From positions 222,580,001 to 222,644,000 of the forward strand of contig JANJGN010000002.1 in NCBI GenBank assembly GCA_026770705.1: 64,000 nt of DNA, written 5' to 3'. How positions within the stretch are numbered: position 1 is the first letter of the stretch; each line of letters starts with the position of its first letter. The notes beneath the pieces were generated by a model. The model saw only the letters and a list, made by a program, of their open reading frames with translations, was not told the DNA's origin and ran no database searches. The DNA comes from Isurus oxyrinchus. Taxonomy: Eukaryota. Both the position numbers and the translations under genes were made by a program. Shown in pieces: positions 48,260-61,010 of this stretch.

Positions 48260-51100
48260 GAACTCTAATAAATTGGTAAACGTGATTTCCCTTTCACAAA
48301 ACTGTGTTGACTCTGCCTGATTACCTTGAATTTTTCCAAGTGCCCTGTTATAACATCTTTAACCAACATTTTCCCTATGACATATGCTAAGCTAACTGGC
48401 CTGTAGTTTCCTGCTTTCTGTCTCCCTGCCTCTTTGGATAAGGGAGCCAAATTCATTATTATCCAATCGAATGGAACCTTCCCCAAAAGTAGGGAATTTG
48501 GGAAAAGTAAAATGAATACATCAACTATCTCACTAGCTACTTCTTTTAAGATGAAGTCCATCAGGACCCATGGACTTGTCAGGCTGCAGCTCCAACAATT
48601 TACTAAGTACCACTACTCTGGTGATTGTAATTTTCTTGAGTTGGTCCCTCCCTTCCATTTCCTGATTTACAGCTATTTCTGGGAATGTTACTTTTATCCT
48701 CTATAGTGAAGACTGATGCAAAATACCTGTTCAATTCATCTCACATCTCCTTATTTTCCATTATTAATTCTCCAGGCTCAATTTCTATAGGACCAACGCT
48801 AACTTTGCTAACTCTTTTTTAAATATCTATAGAGATTCTTACTATCTGTCTTTATATTTCCAGCTAGTTTTTTCTGGTACTCTAATTTTTCCTTCCTTAT
48901 GAATCTTATAGTCATTCTTTGCTGTTCTTTATATTTTGTCCAATCTTCTGACCTGCCAACCATCTTTGCGTAATTATAGGCTTTTTCTTTAAGTTTGATA
49001 CCAACTTTACCTGTTTTAGTTAGCCACAGATAGTGGATCCTCCCCTTGGAATTTTGCTTTCTTATTGGACTGTATCTATTCTGTGTCTTCTGAAATATGC
49101 CCTTAAATGTTTGCCACTGCATCTCTATGATCCTATCCCTTAACCAAAATTGCCAGTTCACTTTAGCTAGTTCTGCTTTCATGCCCTCATAATTGCCCTT
49201 ATTTAAGTTTAAAATACTAGTCTTAGACCCAATCTTCTCTCCCTCAAACTGAATGTAAAAATCAGTCATATTATGATCACTGCTACCTAGGGCCGCCTTC
49301 ACTATGAGGTCATTAATTAATCCTATCCCATTGCACAATATCAGGTCTAATATAGCCTGCTCTCTGGTTGGACTTAGAACATGCTGTTCTAAGAAACAAT
49401 CCTGAAAACATTCCATGAATTCCTCACCTAGGCTGCCTTTGCCTATCTGATTTATACAGTCAATATGTTGATTAAGATCTCCCATGATTATTGCTGTATA
49501 TTTCTGACAAGTTCCCATTATTACCTCCTTTAGCGTATTGTTCCTGTTAGGGGGCCTATATATCACTCCCACAAGTGACTTTTTGCTTTTATCATTTTTC
49601 AGCTTTACTCAAACTAGTTCAACATCCTGGTTTCTTGAATTTAGGTCACCCCACTCTATTGTGCTAATATGATACTTAATTAAGAGAGCCAGCCTGCCAC
49701 CTTTCCTAGCTTCCGAAATTTCATGTACTCATCAATATTCAGCTCCCAATCTATGTTATCCTGTAGCCATGTCTCTGTAATGGCTATCAAATTGTACTTA
49801 TTTATTTATATTTGCGCTATCAGTTCACCTTTTGTTTTGTTTCTAATGCTACATGAATTCAGATACAGAGCCTTTAGTTTTGTCCTTTTAAAATTTATCT
49901 AATCTCTAGCCTTATCTGCTGATTTACTCTTAGAGTTGTACTCTCTGTCTTCTCCTGTCATGGTCTCATTTCCCACATTAATACCTTTCTCTCTTGCCTT
50001 GCCTCTACTCTTTGATTTAACACATCTTCCCAAGTTTGATCCCTTGCCCCCACTATTTAGTTTAAAGCCCTTTCTGCTTCCCTAGTTAGGCAGCTTGCTA
50101 GAATACCAGTCACAGAATAGTTCTGGTGCAGACTGTTCAACGGTGCAGCCCCCAGTACTGGTTCCAGTGTCCAATGAACTGGAACCCACTTCTCCCACAC
50201 CAGTCTTTGAGCCACGCAGTCATCTCTCTAATTTTACAAACACTATGCCAACCTTCATGTGGCTCAGGTAATAATCCAGAGACAATTACCTCTGAGGTTC
50301 TACTTTTTATTTAGCTCCTCATACTGGCTGTGCAGAACATCTTTCTACATAGTTCTAAATATGTCATAGTTACCTATATGGACCACGATGACGTCAATCC
50401 TTCCCTTCCCATTGGATGTTCCTCTCCAGCCCTGAGAAGATGTCCTGAGCCCTGGCACTGTGCAGGCAACACAGTTATCTGGACTCTTGCTCTTTGCTGT
50501 AGAGAGCAGTGCCAATCTCCCTGGCTATACTGTCCCCTACTACTACTACATTCATTTTTGCTTCTCCCACTTATTGGCTTCCTGTACCACAGTGCCATGG
50601 TCAGTTTGCTCATCCATCCTGCAGCCCCCACTCTCATCCAAATAAACTGAGAGAACTTCAAACCCATTGGACAATTGCAAAGGCTGAGGCTCCTGCACTA
50701 TTCCCCTCTGGATCCCCTTACCTGCCACACCCACAGTCTCCCTGACCACTGACCAAATCAGAAGACCCTACCTTTAGTGGTGTGACTGCCTTCTAGTACA
50801 AAGCACTAAATAACTTTCCCCCTCCCTGAAGTGTCACAGTATCTGCAGCTCAGCCTCCAGCTCAATGACTCTGAGTTGAAGCTCCTTGATAAGCAAACAC
50901 TTAATGTAGACTGATTGCCCTGGGTCACAGTGGCATCCAGGAGCCCCCACATGCTACAATCATGACACATCATCTGTCCAACTATCCTTAATGTGTTTTA
51001 ATTAACTACTTAGCTATGTTATTCAATTATTTATTTAACTTTTTAAATATATTTTATTAAACATACCATCAGTTCCTGTTTTATTTTAAACCATGGGAAT
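48260..51100 (-). mobile_element. Second decayed CR1 LINE (ORF1 + APE + start of RT)
   Basis: ORF 48808-49572 GVIYRPPN..IIMGDLN..LEQHVLSPTREQAILDLILCN..LGSSDHN; 48265-48561 NYRPVSL, QHSF; ORF1-like region 50050-50960. Confidence 0.88.
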
Positions 51101-51139
51101 AGAATGGACCTCAAGTCTATTGGGGGCAGAATGAGTCAG

Positions 51140-51520
51140 GAGTGCTTGAGAAGGTGGTAGTGGGCCACCTTCTTGAACCACTGAAGTTCTCCTGGTGTTA
51201 GGGCTGGAGTTCCAAGATTTGGTTTGTCTGTTAATGGGATATGGTGTCACTGGCTAGGCCAGCATTTATTGCCCATTCCTAATTGCCTTTGAGAAGGAAG
51301 TGGTTAGCTGCTTTTTTGAACCGCTGCAGTCCATGTGTTGTCGGAAGACCCACAATGCTGTTAGGGAGGGACTCCCAAGATTTTGATCCAGTGACAGTGA
51401 AGATACAGTTCCAAGTCAGGATGGTGTGTGACTTGGAGGGGAACTTACAGGTGGTGGTGATGTTCCCATGCATTTGCTGCCCTTGTCCTTCTAGGTGGTA
51501 GAGGGTTTGGAAGTTGCATG
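51140..51520 (-). mobile_element. 3' fragments of the second LINE family
   Basis: ORF 51279-51629 TCKFPSKSHTILTW..GSKSWESLPNSIVGLPTTHGLQRFKKAANH, homologous to 12760-13030. Confidence 0.8.
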
Positions 51521-53375
51521 TTTGAATTTTGAACCTGTAACAGCGACCTAGTTCCCCAGAATCAGATTCAGAAACTCTCCTTCCTCCTTGGGCTGGTAAC
51601 ATACTGATCAAGAAAATTATCCTGAACACCCTTCAGAAACACTTCCCTTCTCTGCCCTTTTCACTATCCCAATCTATGTTATGTTTTTCATACATGTGCA
51701 AACTAATGAATAGCAGTGCACGGAAGAAGACATCTCTATGATATGTTAATCTGCATGGATAGATGTGCACCATTACCATGCCGATTAGCACAGCTACATT
51801 AAATGCAAATCAACTTCACTGCACAGTGCAGGGAAATCCAATACAACATAGCTATACAAAACTGAAAGGTCTTAATGTTATAATCTGTGCCATTAACTAA
51901 TTTTGACCGAAGGATGGCAGGGGCTTGAAAAGAAGGCCTTAACTCGATAGGGGGAAAGTCAGCCAATGTCCTAGCTCTTCATTCCATTCAATGACACCCC
52001 CTCATATAAGTATGGATGAAAAGTAGTTTACATGGAGAGTGTTGAGAATGCGGAACTCAGTGCCACGTGGCATGTTAGAAGCTGATTAGTGTTGTTGAAT
52101 TTATGGGAAGGCTTCATGCATACCTGAAGGAGAAGGGAATAGAGGAGCATGAGGGAAAGTTGCAAAGAGATAATTGGAGTTGGAGGAGGCTGGTGTCAAA
52201 TATAAGCATTGGGACAGACCTGTTAAGCGAAATGGCCTATTTTTGATCTGTAGGTTCTGTGGAGGAGGGATGGAAAAATTATTCATGATTATGATTGGTG
52301 CAGTTGTGTAGCATGTCAATACTCAACATGTAAAGAACAAACATGTGCATAGGGCCGCCAGCACTCATGCACCATAGGCCCCAATATAAGTGGATGTTTA
52401 CAGGAATGGGAGGGGAGAAAATTAAAGGGCCCCAAAAATGGATCTAAGGAAATAATAGGCACATCAAAAAATATCATAGAGATCTGAACTATGGCGGGCC
52501 TTTTTTTTTAACCATACACTTGAAAACAAAGGAAAAAATGTGAGAATTCAAGCTGATCATTAATGTTGGATCCTGGTAATAATATGTACAGTGTGAAAAA
52601 TGGATCTGCTTTTGTCTCTAGATTAAAGAAAATGAAATAGTTTGAAATAAAAGATAACTAGAAATGAACAGAGACAGTTGTTTTTTGTAGTTTCCCACAT
52701 AAAAGGAAGACGTCACACTGATTTTTGAAGGGCTTTTTAAAGCACTGGTAGCAGTTTGAAATTTGCACTTTTAAATACCATGTACACTCCATCTGCGCTT
52801 TAACAAATCTAAATTATATATGTTAAAAGTGTAATGATTTTCAGTTTGAAAAAAACATTTTACTGTAAAGAAATGCTTTCATTGCTGAGTAATAGGAGAT
52901 GTATAAACTCATCTGAAACCTACAAAGTAGGCTAGTAAAATTTTCATAAGGGAAAGTGTCATGAGTTTTTAATCTTTCAGTGGAAACATATTTGTTCAAA
53001 GATGAAAATGCTTCTTTGTTGCTCACATCAAAAGACTGTCTGATGTCATCAAAGATATCAAGGCATAGAACATGCCAGTGCAGAGATCTGCTGCTCTTGC
53101 ATGATTTATCCTTTTAATCGGTTTGTATAATATGGCCTCAAATACTTTTCAATTCATTTTAACTGTATGTAATGTAGAGACGATTTTGAGGCCTGCAGCA
53201 CTTCAAGAATGGCACCCTGGCATTGTATATACTTCTTGCACATGCCACAGAAGCAGTTGCTTGCTGGTATAAACACAGCATCAGCATAGAATCCCATCAA
53301 ACAGAAATGTTAAAAGGCCAGACTGAGATTGATTTTTGTTTCTAAGGCAGACCTAAAATAAAGTTAGATAGGAAA

Positions 53376-54461
53376 TGTTGATTTATTTACTGAAGAGATA
53401 AATTTACAAAGTAGACACAATACCAGATAGCGCACCTTGAGAGATAAAGTGGATATAACAAGGACTTAACACAGTGCAGGAGATATATAGACAGATGCAC
53501 ATAATAAATGGACAGATACAGTACAAAATGTAGGATGAAGAACATGTGGCAGAAGCGCACAGTAACATGTCCATAATCAAGCCCCAATTATTGCTAAGGC
53601 AGTCTAGTCCCACCTTAAGCACTTCCTCATATTGCCCCCACTCTAACTCCAGAGTCCTTTTTCCAAGATGTAATATAGTAATCATACATACTCTGACTTA
53701 TGCCATTCCCATGCATCTGACTCTCATTCCCTTGTTCCCCTTCTGTGTCTCCATCTATATATTAGCCTGTTGCTGGGATTTGGCAATGCTCCTTCTCCCT
53801 TTTGCTTTCTGGTGATCAGAGAGGAATGATGGCAAGGTGGGGGGCCAACTCAGTCAACGCAGGTCAAAAGGGTTTGTTGGAATCCTCCTAATAGTTAACA
53901 GAGCCTTTTGACTTGCAACATGAAAGTTAGATTAACTGTACTTGTTCTCTATCACTGAAAGTATATAAATAAAATACAATGCAGAAGCTAAGAGGCATAT
54001 AAAAGATAGATACAACAAACACCATATAAGAAGTAAAAAGTGAAGATTCAAATTAGATGCTACAAAGTATAGAGGCTCATACCGAATACAACATAACACA
54101 AAATAGATAAAACTCACAATATAGGTATAACACACGATATAACATATTTGATGCACTCATTACATCTAGTTAGCTGTAATGTGGACACAACATCCTGTCG
54201 GACATTGTTACAGTGATATAATGGTATCAATTGCTCATAGAAATTGTGTAAAAACATTTTGGGTTCATTAATTAAGACTAGGCACATAAGAACAGCTATA
54301 CAAAGGTATAAATCTGAAGACGCATCAGCAGCAGAGCTATCTGTGTGTGCTCTACTCAAAAGCTAAAGTGAACTGAAGCTGGATCACATGATACACTTCC
54401 TTTCTAGTGATGTGATGCTGCAATCCCTTAAAGGCATACTGCAACACATCTTAACATGACA
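53376..54461 (-). mobile_element. Candidate solo LTR
   Basis: Minus strand begins tgtcatgttaag..cctttaag and ends aataaatcaaca. Flanks gaaa/gaat. Confidence 0.45.
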
Positions 54462-54752
54462 GAATCAAGTGCTGCTGCTCTTAATCACTGGATACTCAGG
54501 CTACTTCCAAACATAAGAGGACTGCTAAATGCTCTATATGCATAGAGGTAGAAATTCCAGACTTGTATGCTCCAGTCTGCAAGTTCCCATTTATCGAAGT
54601 GAATGAATGGAAAATTGTAGATTTATGAGCATGAAGTACCTACCCATGCTGCTGCACTTCAAGGCATGACAGGTCATATATGTACCAATTCTTATATAGT
54701 ATGACTGGTGTTGGTAGCACTTCCAATTTTAGTGGGAGTCAGAACATCCAAA

Positions 54753-55047
54753 GGGCTGGATTTTACCAACCATCTAGGGATGGGCTGGGTGCAGGGGTGC
54801 CTGTTAAATGGCAAGGGAAGGCAAGGGTTGGAGTGCCCATTGCCTTCCCCCTGTCATGGCATTTTACCAACAGTGGGCCTTCCTAATCGGGCACTCTCTA
54901 GCCCACAGAGGGGTCACCCAGTGTCAATGCCAGGACCCGACTGGTTGGCCCTGGTGACCCCAGACCCCAATTATCAGTTGCGAGGGCAGTCTATTCCCAT
55001 GGTGCCCTCTCTGCTAGAGGGCCTGCCACCTTGACAAACTTCCAACC
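54753..55047. mobile_element. Harbinger-type MITE family C (degraded)
   Basis: Starts gggctggattttacc; related to 25285-25425. Right end tentative. Confidence 0.5.
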
Positions 55048-55299
55048 AGTGTGTCCAGCAAATTTAGTTTAATCTTGTGCTTACTTGACAGGGCCAAGTT
55101 AACCCAAGGAGTCTTATTAATGATAACTAAATATTATGAAAGCCAGATAATGATTATAACCACAGATGACACTCAATGCTTCTGAGGAGCTGAAGGCTGG
55201 GCTGTATTTTCATCAAACCCATGGAGAGACCACTAACTTATTAATCCTACCATAGTGCTAGACAAGTAAATTTGCAATCATTTTTTTGTGATAATTACA

Positions 55300-55720
55300 C
55301 AGACTTACAGAGTCTACAAGACATAACTAGGTTATTCAACACAATTGATATATGCTGCTGTTAATGGTCTGCATAAGCCTTTTCCCACCTCTCTTCATTT
55401 AATCCACTCAGCATAACTTTATATTCCTTTCTACCTCATGTGCTTATCTAGCTTCCCCTTAAATGTATATATGCTATTTGGTCTCCACCACTTCTTGTGG
55501 TAACACATCCTGTGTTTCTGACATCTTTTGAATAAAGAAGGTTCTCCTCAAATTGCTACTTAATTTATTCCTGGCTATCTAATAATATGGACCCCTAGTT
55601 TTAGTCTCACCCACAACTAGAAGAATTTCCCTACATCTACCTTATCAAATGCTCTCATAATCTTAAGGACCTCTATCGGGTCATTTCTCAGCCTTACACC
55701 CCAGCCTTTTTGGCCACTCC
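55300..55720 (-). mobile_element. CR1 LINE 3' fragment
   Basis: ORF end RLRNDPIEVLKIMRAFDKVDVGKFF and CR1 3' UTR. Confidence 0.8.
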
Positions 55721-55902
55721 CAATAGCATATCTTCTCAGTTCTGCCATCATAAAAATAAGAATAATGCAAATATGGCAGTAAGGTACAGTAAAAACACAG
55801 ATATAGCACAGGATGTGAGAAAACAAATGCTATACAGATACAATCAGGACAAAACATATAGCAGCAATGATTTAGTGAAAGGAGGCATAACACAGGCACA
55901 TT

Positions 55903-56030
55903 GGTTAGAATTTTCCAGCCCCTCACACCAGCAGGGCTTTCCGGTCCCACCGATCTGAATGGGGCGTGCTGGCTCCATCCTTGGGGGAACCTGCCACAGG
56001 GCCTGCGGGGTAGGCTGCAAAATTCTAGCC
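55903..56030. mobile_element. 128-bp Harbinger-type mini-MITE (family B relative)
   Basis: TIRs ggttagaattttccagcc / ggctgcaaaattctagcc. TSD ATT. Contains ggtcccaccga core. Confidence 0.8.
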
Positions 56031-56064
56031 ATTGGTGTTCACTGTTATCAAAGTAAATTTCATA

Positions 56065-56300
56065 GAAGACTTGCATTTATGTACAGCTTTCATAACATCC
56101 CAACATGCTATACAGCCAATGAAGTACTTTTGACGTGTGGCCACTGTTGCAGCATCTTATCAGAAAGACTGCACCTCTGACAGTGCAGCACTCCCATAAT
56201 ATTGCACTGGAGTGTTTAACGTGGCTTTTGTGGTTAAGTTTTGGAGTGGGGCTTGAACCCACAACCTTCCACTTGAGAATGTTATTCACCGAGTCACAGC
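56065..56300 (-). mobile_element. Internally deleted DeuSINE
   Basis: gacttgcatttatgtacagcttt tail; gaaagactgcacctctgacagtgcagcactccc; ggggcttgaacccacaacc head. Confidence 0.7.
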
Positions 56301-56329
56301 AGACGCTATAGGACAGGAATGCACTGTAC

Positions 56330-58215
56330 TGATGCCAGCTGCTGCTCACAGGTGGTTGTCCAGGGCACAGGATACTTAAGAGCTCAATACCGCAGAAAGT
56401 CGATACAAATATAAAAAGTGCAGAGGGAAGATTAATAAGGAAAATGGGAAAAGGCAGAGCATGAAAACATATTGGCAAGTAAAGTCAATGAAAATCCAAA
56501 GATGTTTTATAAAATTGTAAACAGCAAGAGGAATTGATATAATTATTAAAGAACAAAAAGGTAAACTATGTGTGGAGCTAGAAGATGTAGGCATGGTTTT
56601 TAATGAATTTTTGACTCCGCTTTACAAAAGAGAGGGACAGTGCAGGTGTTGTAGTTAAGATGAAGAACGCAAAATATTGAATGGGATAAACATAGTGAGA
56701 GAGGAAATATTAAGGGTTTAGCATCTTTAAAAGTAGATAGGCCAAGATGAAATTTATCCCAGGCTGTTAAGAGAAGCAAGGGAGGAAATAGTGCAGGCTC
56801 TGACCATCATGTTTCAATTCTCTCTGGCTGCAGGTGTAGTGCCAGAGGACTGGAGAGCTGCTGAAATTGCAGCATTGTTTAAAAAGGGAGAAAGGGATAG
56901 ACTGAGTAATTACAGGACAGTCTGCCTAACCTCAGTGGTAGGCCAATTATTGGAAAAAAAATCCAAGGGACAGAATTAAACATCATTTACAAGCAGATTA
57001 ATCAAGGACTGGCAGCATGGGGCTTGTTAAGGGAATACTGTGGCTAACTCATTTGATTGCATTTTTTGAGGCGGTAACAAGGAAGGTCAATGACAGTGAC
57101 GTGTTTGATGCAGGCCTACATGGATTTTAGGAAAGTGTTTGGCAATGCCCCGCATAGCAAACTGGTCAGAAAAGTAAAAGACCATGGAATCCAAAGGAAA
57201 GTGGCAAGTTGGATCCAAAATCGGCTCATTGAGAGGAAGTAAAGGGTAATCTTCAATGGGTGTTTTTGTGGTTGTGTCACCAGTGTGGTGTGGCATGGCT
57301 CGGTACTCAGGCAGTACATTGCTTTTCATGGGGTAGAATTTCCTCCCCATCAAGGGTTTGGTCGGGATGGGGTGCGGGCAGGCGCGCGACCAATCACCAG
57401 CCACGATCGGCTGCGCGCCGCCATTTTACGTGGGCGGGCCAATTAAGGCCCGCCCAGCGTGATGCGCAACCAGAAGTGCAGAGCGCTCCTGGTGCAGGAG
57501 GGGGTAGGAGGCTGAGCCGGGGCCTGTGCTCTTTCGTGCGCATGCGCGCAGAAATCTCCCTGAGCTGCAGAGCTGCCTTTGATTTTTAAAAATTTTAATG
57601 AAGGGAAAAAAATTTTTTAAGACATGTCCTTTTATGTGACAGTGTCGCAGGAGCTGGGACATGTCTATAAATGTTATAAAAAATTTCTATTAATGTTTTA
57701 AAACCTTCATGAAACCTCATCCCACCCGTGGATGAGGTTTCATGATAATGCGAAGGCCGCCTGGGCTCTTCACGTGCCCACCAACCTTAAGGTTGGATGG
57801 ACAGCTCAGTTAAGTATTTCAATTGGTATTTAAATGGCCTTAATAAGCCTTTGACAGTCCGGCGGGCGCGCAGCCGACTGAGGTGCCCGCCCGCCGGACT
57901 GAATATCTGAATGATGCGCAGTGACATCAGGACGCACGCCCGATGTCACCGCTCATCATTTGACGCATCGGCAAGCAGGCCCCGCCCCCGCTCACCAACC
58001 CAAGGATGCTGCCCATGGTTATGTATCAATGATTTAGACTTAAATGTAGGGGACATGGTTAAGATTATATAAAAATTGGCCATGTGGCTGAGATCAAGGA
58101 AGAAAATTGTAGACTGCAGAAAGATATCACTGGCCTGGTCAGCTAGTCAGAAAACTGACTAATTGAGTTAAAACTGGAGAAGCGTGAGGTAATGCACTTG
58201 GGGAATGCACAGGAA
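56330..58215 (+). mobile_element. Decayed CR1 ORF2 fragment interrupted by a MITE
   Basis: GVVPEDWRAAEIAALFKKGERDRLSNYRTVCLTSVVG; RT-like sequence continues after 58017. Confidence 0.85.
57331..58014. mobile_element. Harbinger-type MITE family A, complete, CpG-rich copy
   Basis: Termini gggtagaattt / ggatgctgccc. TSD ATG (57328-57330 / 58015-58017). Confidence 0.9.
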
Positions 58216-58284
58216 TATAGCATAATGTTGTCATACAAGCACTTGAAACAATCAAATCAAATTGCTCCATGCTCTTTAAATGGA

Positions 58285-58570
58285 GGAGGCCTTGTGGCAC
58301 AGCGGTACTGTCCCTCTCTCCAAGCTCTGGGTTCAAGTCCCACTCCAGAACTTGATGGGTAAGGACGTTGAGTTCATGGCACTGCCAAACAGGCTCATTA
58401 TCAGCTTGTAATCCCTTCCTGCACATGCCAATGGCAGATAGTAAGAGTGGGGAAGATTTGTGGTCAGCCATGTGTTGGAAAGAAATTGGAGTCTCTACCA
58501 TCACCATCCATAAGCCCCAGGACTACAACATGCATGTAAAAGTATATGTTGCCACAGCAACTTGGACTCC
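58285..58570 (+). mobile_element. tRNA-derived SINE (family not assigned)
   Basis: Pol III box A-like tggcacagcgg and box B-like ggttcaagtcc. Confidence 0.5.
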
Positions 58571-59359
58571 TTTGGGGGCTGTTGTGGATCAGGTTGGTGC
58601 CAACAGCATGGGGGTTTGATCCCTGTTCTGGCTGGGTGGATTTGGGACCTGCCTTCAGGCAGAGAACTAGATGAAAGCATCAACCTGCTTAGGATGAACA
58701 ATACATTTTACCTCTTCATGACAAATTAATTTTGTGGTATGGATCGACCCCTGCAAGGGAACTTAATTCTAACACACTTATTTCACATTTACAGCTAACA
58801 GGGAAAGCAGGCTTTCAAACTGTCAGCCTGGGATGGAGTCAAATCTGAGTCCTGCTGATAAAAGGATAACTTTTCACATCACTGTGCCACTTAACCCCAT
58901 GGCATCACATCTTGAAAAAAAATCCAGTAAATACAATAAGTTTACATAATTAGTTTTCCTAAGGGGTCTCCCATTGTTCGCCTTGCTATTAGACATCAGT
59001 AATTTACATTATAAGTCTAAAAGCATTAAGCCTATTATTTCTCAAAAATCCATTTTTTAAAGATCACAATAAGTATGTTCCATTTTTTCATATCTAAAAA
59101 GCTTCCTTACACTTGAGTGGCATTCCTCTAGTTATTTTGCTTCAACTATGTAGTTCTTGAAAATGCTACCTACAGATTTTTTTTTGTTTCTCTTAAGTCC
59201 ATTTGAGAGAGACGATTCAGTGAGCTGAATGGCTTTCTGTCATGACTGTCAATGTACAGAGCGGGGGTCAGTCTCTTAAAATATTCTCCCACATGCCTTT
59301 ATTTCTAAAAAAAACTTACGTGGCTTGGGAAAAGAGACCAATAGTATGAATGTATGATA

Positions 59360-59592
59360 TATTGCTGACCATGACTACTATCATCAATTGTTGTTAAAAA
59401 CCTAATGTTCTAATTCACTAATATTCTTTAGAGAAGGAAATCTGCTATCCTTACTCAGCCTGGCCTGCATGTGACTCCAGACCCTCAGCAATCTGCCCTC
59501 TTAAATGGCCAGTCGAAGAGCTATTAGGGATGGGCAACAAATGCTGGCCTTGCCAGCAGGTGCCCACATGTCATGAAAGATTAAAGAAAAGA
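59360..59592 (+). mobile_element. SINE 3' part sharing the tail of the second LINE family
   Basis: ttcactaatattctttagagaaggaaatctgc..gtgactccagacc then attagggatgggcaacaaatgctggccttgccagc. Confidence 0.65.
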
Positions 59593-60579
59593 AAAGTTCC
59601 ACAAGTTTAACATCTTGGGAAAGAATATGTATTGAGTCAGCGACAGGTGATATTTGCTAAAAGTCACCCATTCAAAGACGAGCATTGTTATTCCCTCCAA
59701 AATATGTAACCTGATGCAATAAGATATTACTGAGACCCGGAATGTTTGAGAAGATTAAAATGAGTAGAATGCATCCCATTCCTATTGCATATGCCATCTA
59801 AACTCACTTTATTGATGTATGCCGCTTGCTTCCTCCTGCTTAGTTATGCTTTGCCTGATGGAATGCACAAAAAAAATGACCTATTTGACATGTCACTTCT
59901 GTCAAATTAAAATGGAAATTATGCTCAAAGAAGCTCCTGTTCTACTGTTAAACAGTTAAAAGTGACACGGTATTGACTGCTTAAATCTTCTTGTCTAAAT
60001 AAAATTTTACCTCTGATCTCTCAAATGGCCTTGGTGCTTTCGGTCATAGTTTATGCATGGGTCTGTGGCATGTAACGTAGCTGGATACATATGGTAAATA
60101 ACGGTAACACTGTTATGACAGTGAATTAAATCTATAAGATTTTCATGGCAGATATATCTAAATCTGCGCCCTTCCACACATTTTGGAAAGGCAAGCAAAA
60201 GTCACACAGCTGCAGCAAGCTTGGCAAAGTTAGTCTGCGTATCTAAGTTTTGATTTTGTAACATAAAACTCTTCGCAACTGGTAGGATCTGAAGACAAAT
60301 GATTGCATCTATCCAGTCACACAAATGGATTTACCTTTGATGACATTAGTCACGATGAACTTATAAAAATTCCTGCTTCTTAACAGCTGCAGTGTGTAAG
60401 TGCTTTGTTCATCATTAAACAAGCTAAATGGAGTAGACTTACCATATTTTCAACCTTGTGAACCAATAGTTAGAGTAGATATGCAAAGTCAAGGTCGTGA
60501 GCATGAACTATAAAGAGAGACCTTAAACTACATTGTTTTTATGAGGTACTCTCTATCTTATAAAAGGAACATAGGAATG

Positions 60580-61010
60580 ACAACCTCAGTACAATCTCAC
60601 AAACAGCAATAGGATAATGATCAGCTTATCTGTTTTTATTGGCAGTAGAGGGACAAACATTGGCCAGGAGACCAGGGATGGAATTTTACCCTAGCGGGAT
60701 TTTATGGTCCCACCGAAGTCAATGGAGTTTAGAATGGCTCGCTACATTTTACGACCCTGTTCCTGCCATGAGAGGGATGAGTGTAAATTTCTGGCCCAGG
60801 AAAACTTGGCCCTTTTTTGAAATAGTGCCACAGGACATTTCCTGTCCACCTGAGAGGGAAGGCAGGGCCTCAGTGTAACATTTCACCTCTGACAGTGCAT
60901 CACGCCTTAGTACTGGACTGAAGAGTCAACCTAGATTTTGCACTCAACTCTTAGCTGGGATTTGAACCTATAGCCTTCTGTTCCATGTGCAAAAATGCAA
61001 CCTTTAAGCC
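60580..61010 (-). mobile_element. DeuSINE interrupted by a mini-MITE
   Basis: cacaaacagcaat..attggccagga | gaaatagtgccacaggacatt..gtccacctgagagg. Confidence 0.7.
60676..60796. mobile_element. 121-bp Harbinger-type mini-MITE (family B)
   Basis: Termini ggatggaattttac / gtaaatttctggcc. TSD CAG. Core homologous to 22458-22585. Confidence 0.8.

Noticed and set aside
58285-58350. tRNA gene
   Set aside because: Box A/B present but no cloverleaf; continues into a SINE body.
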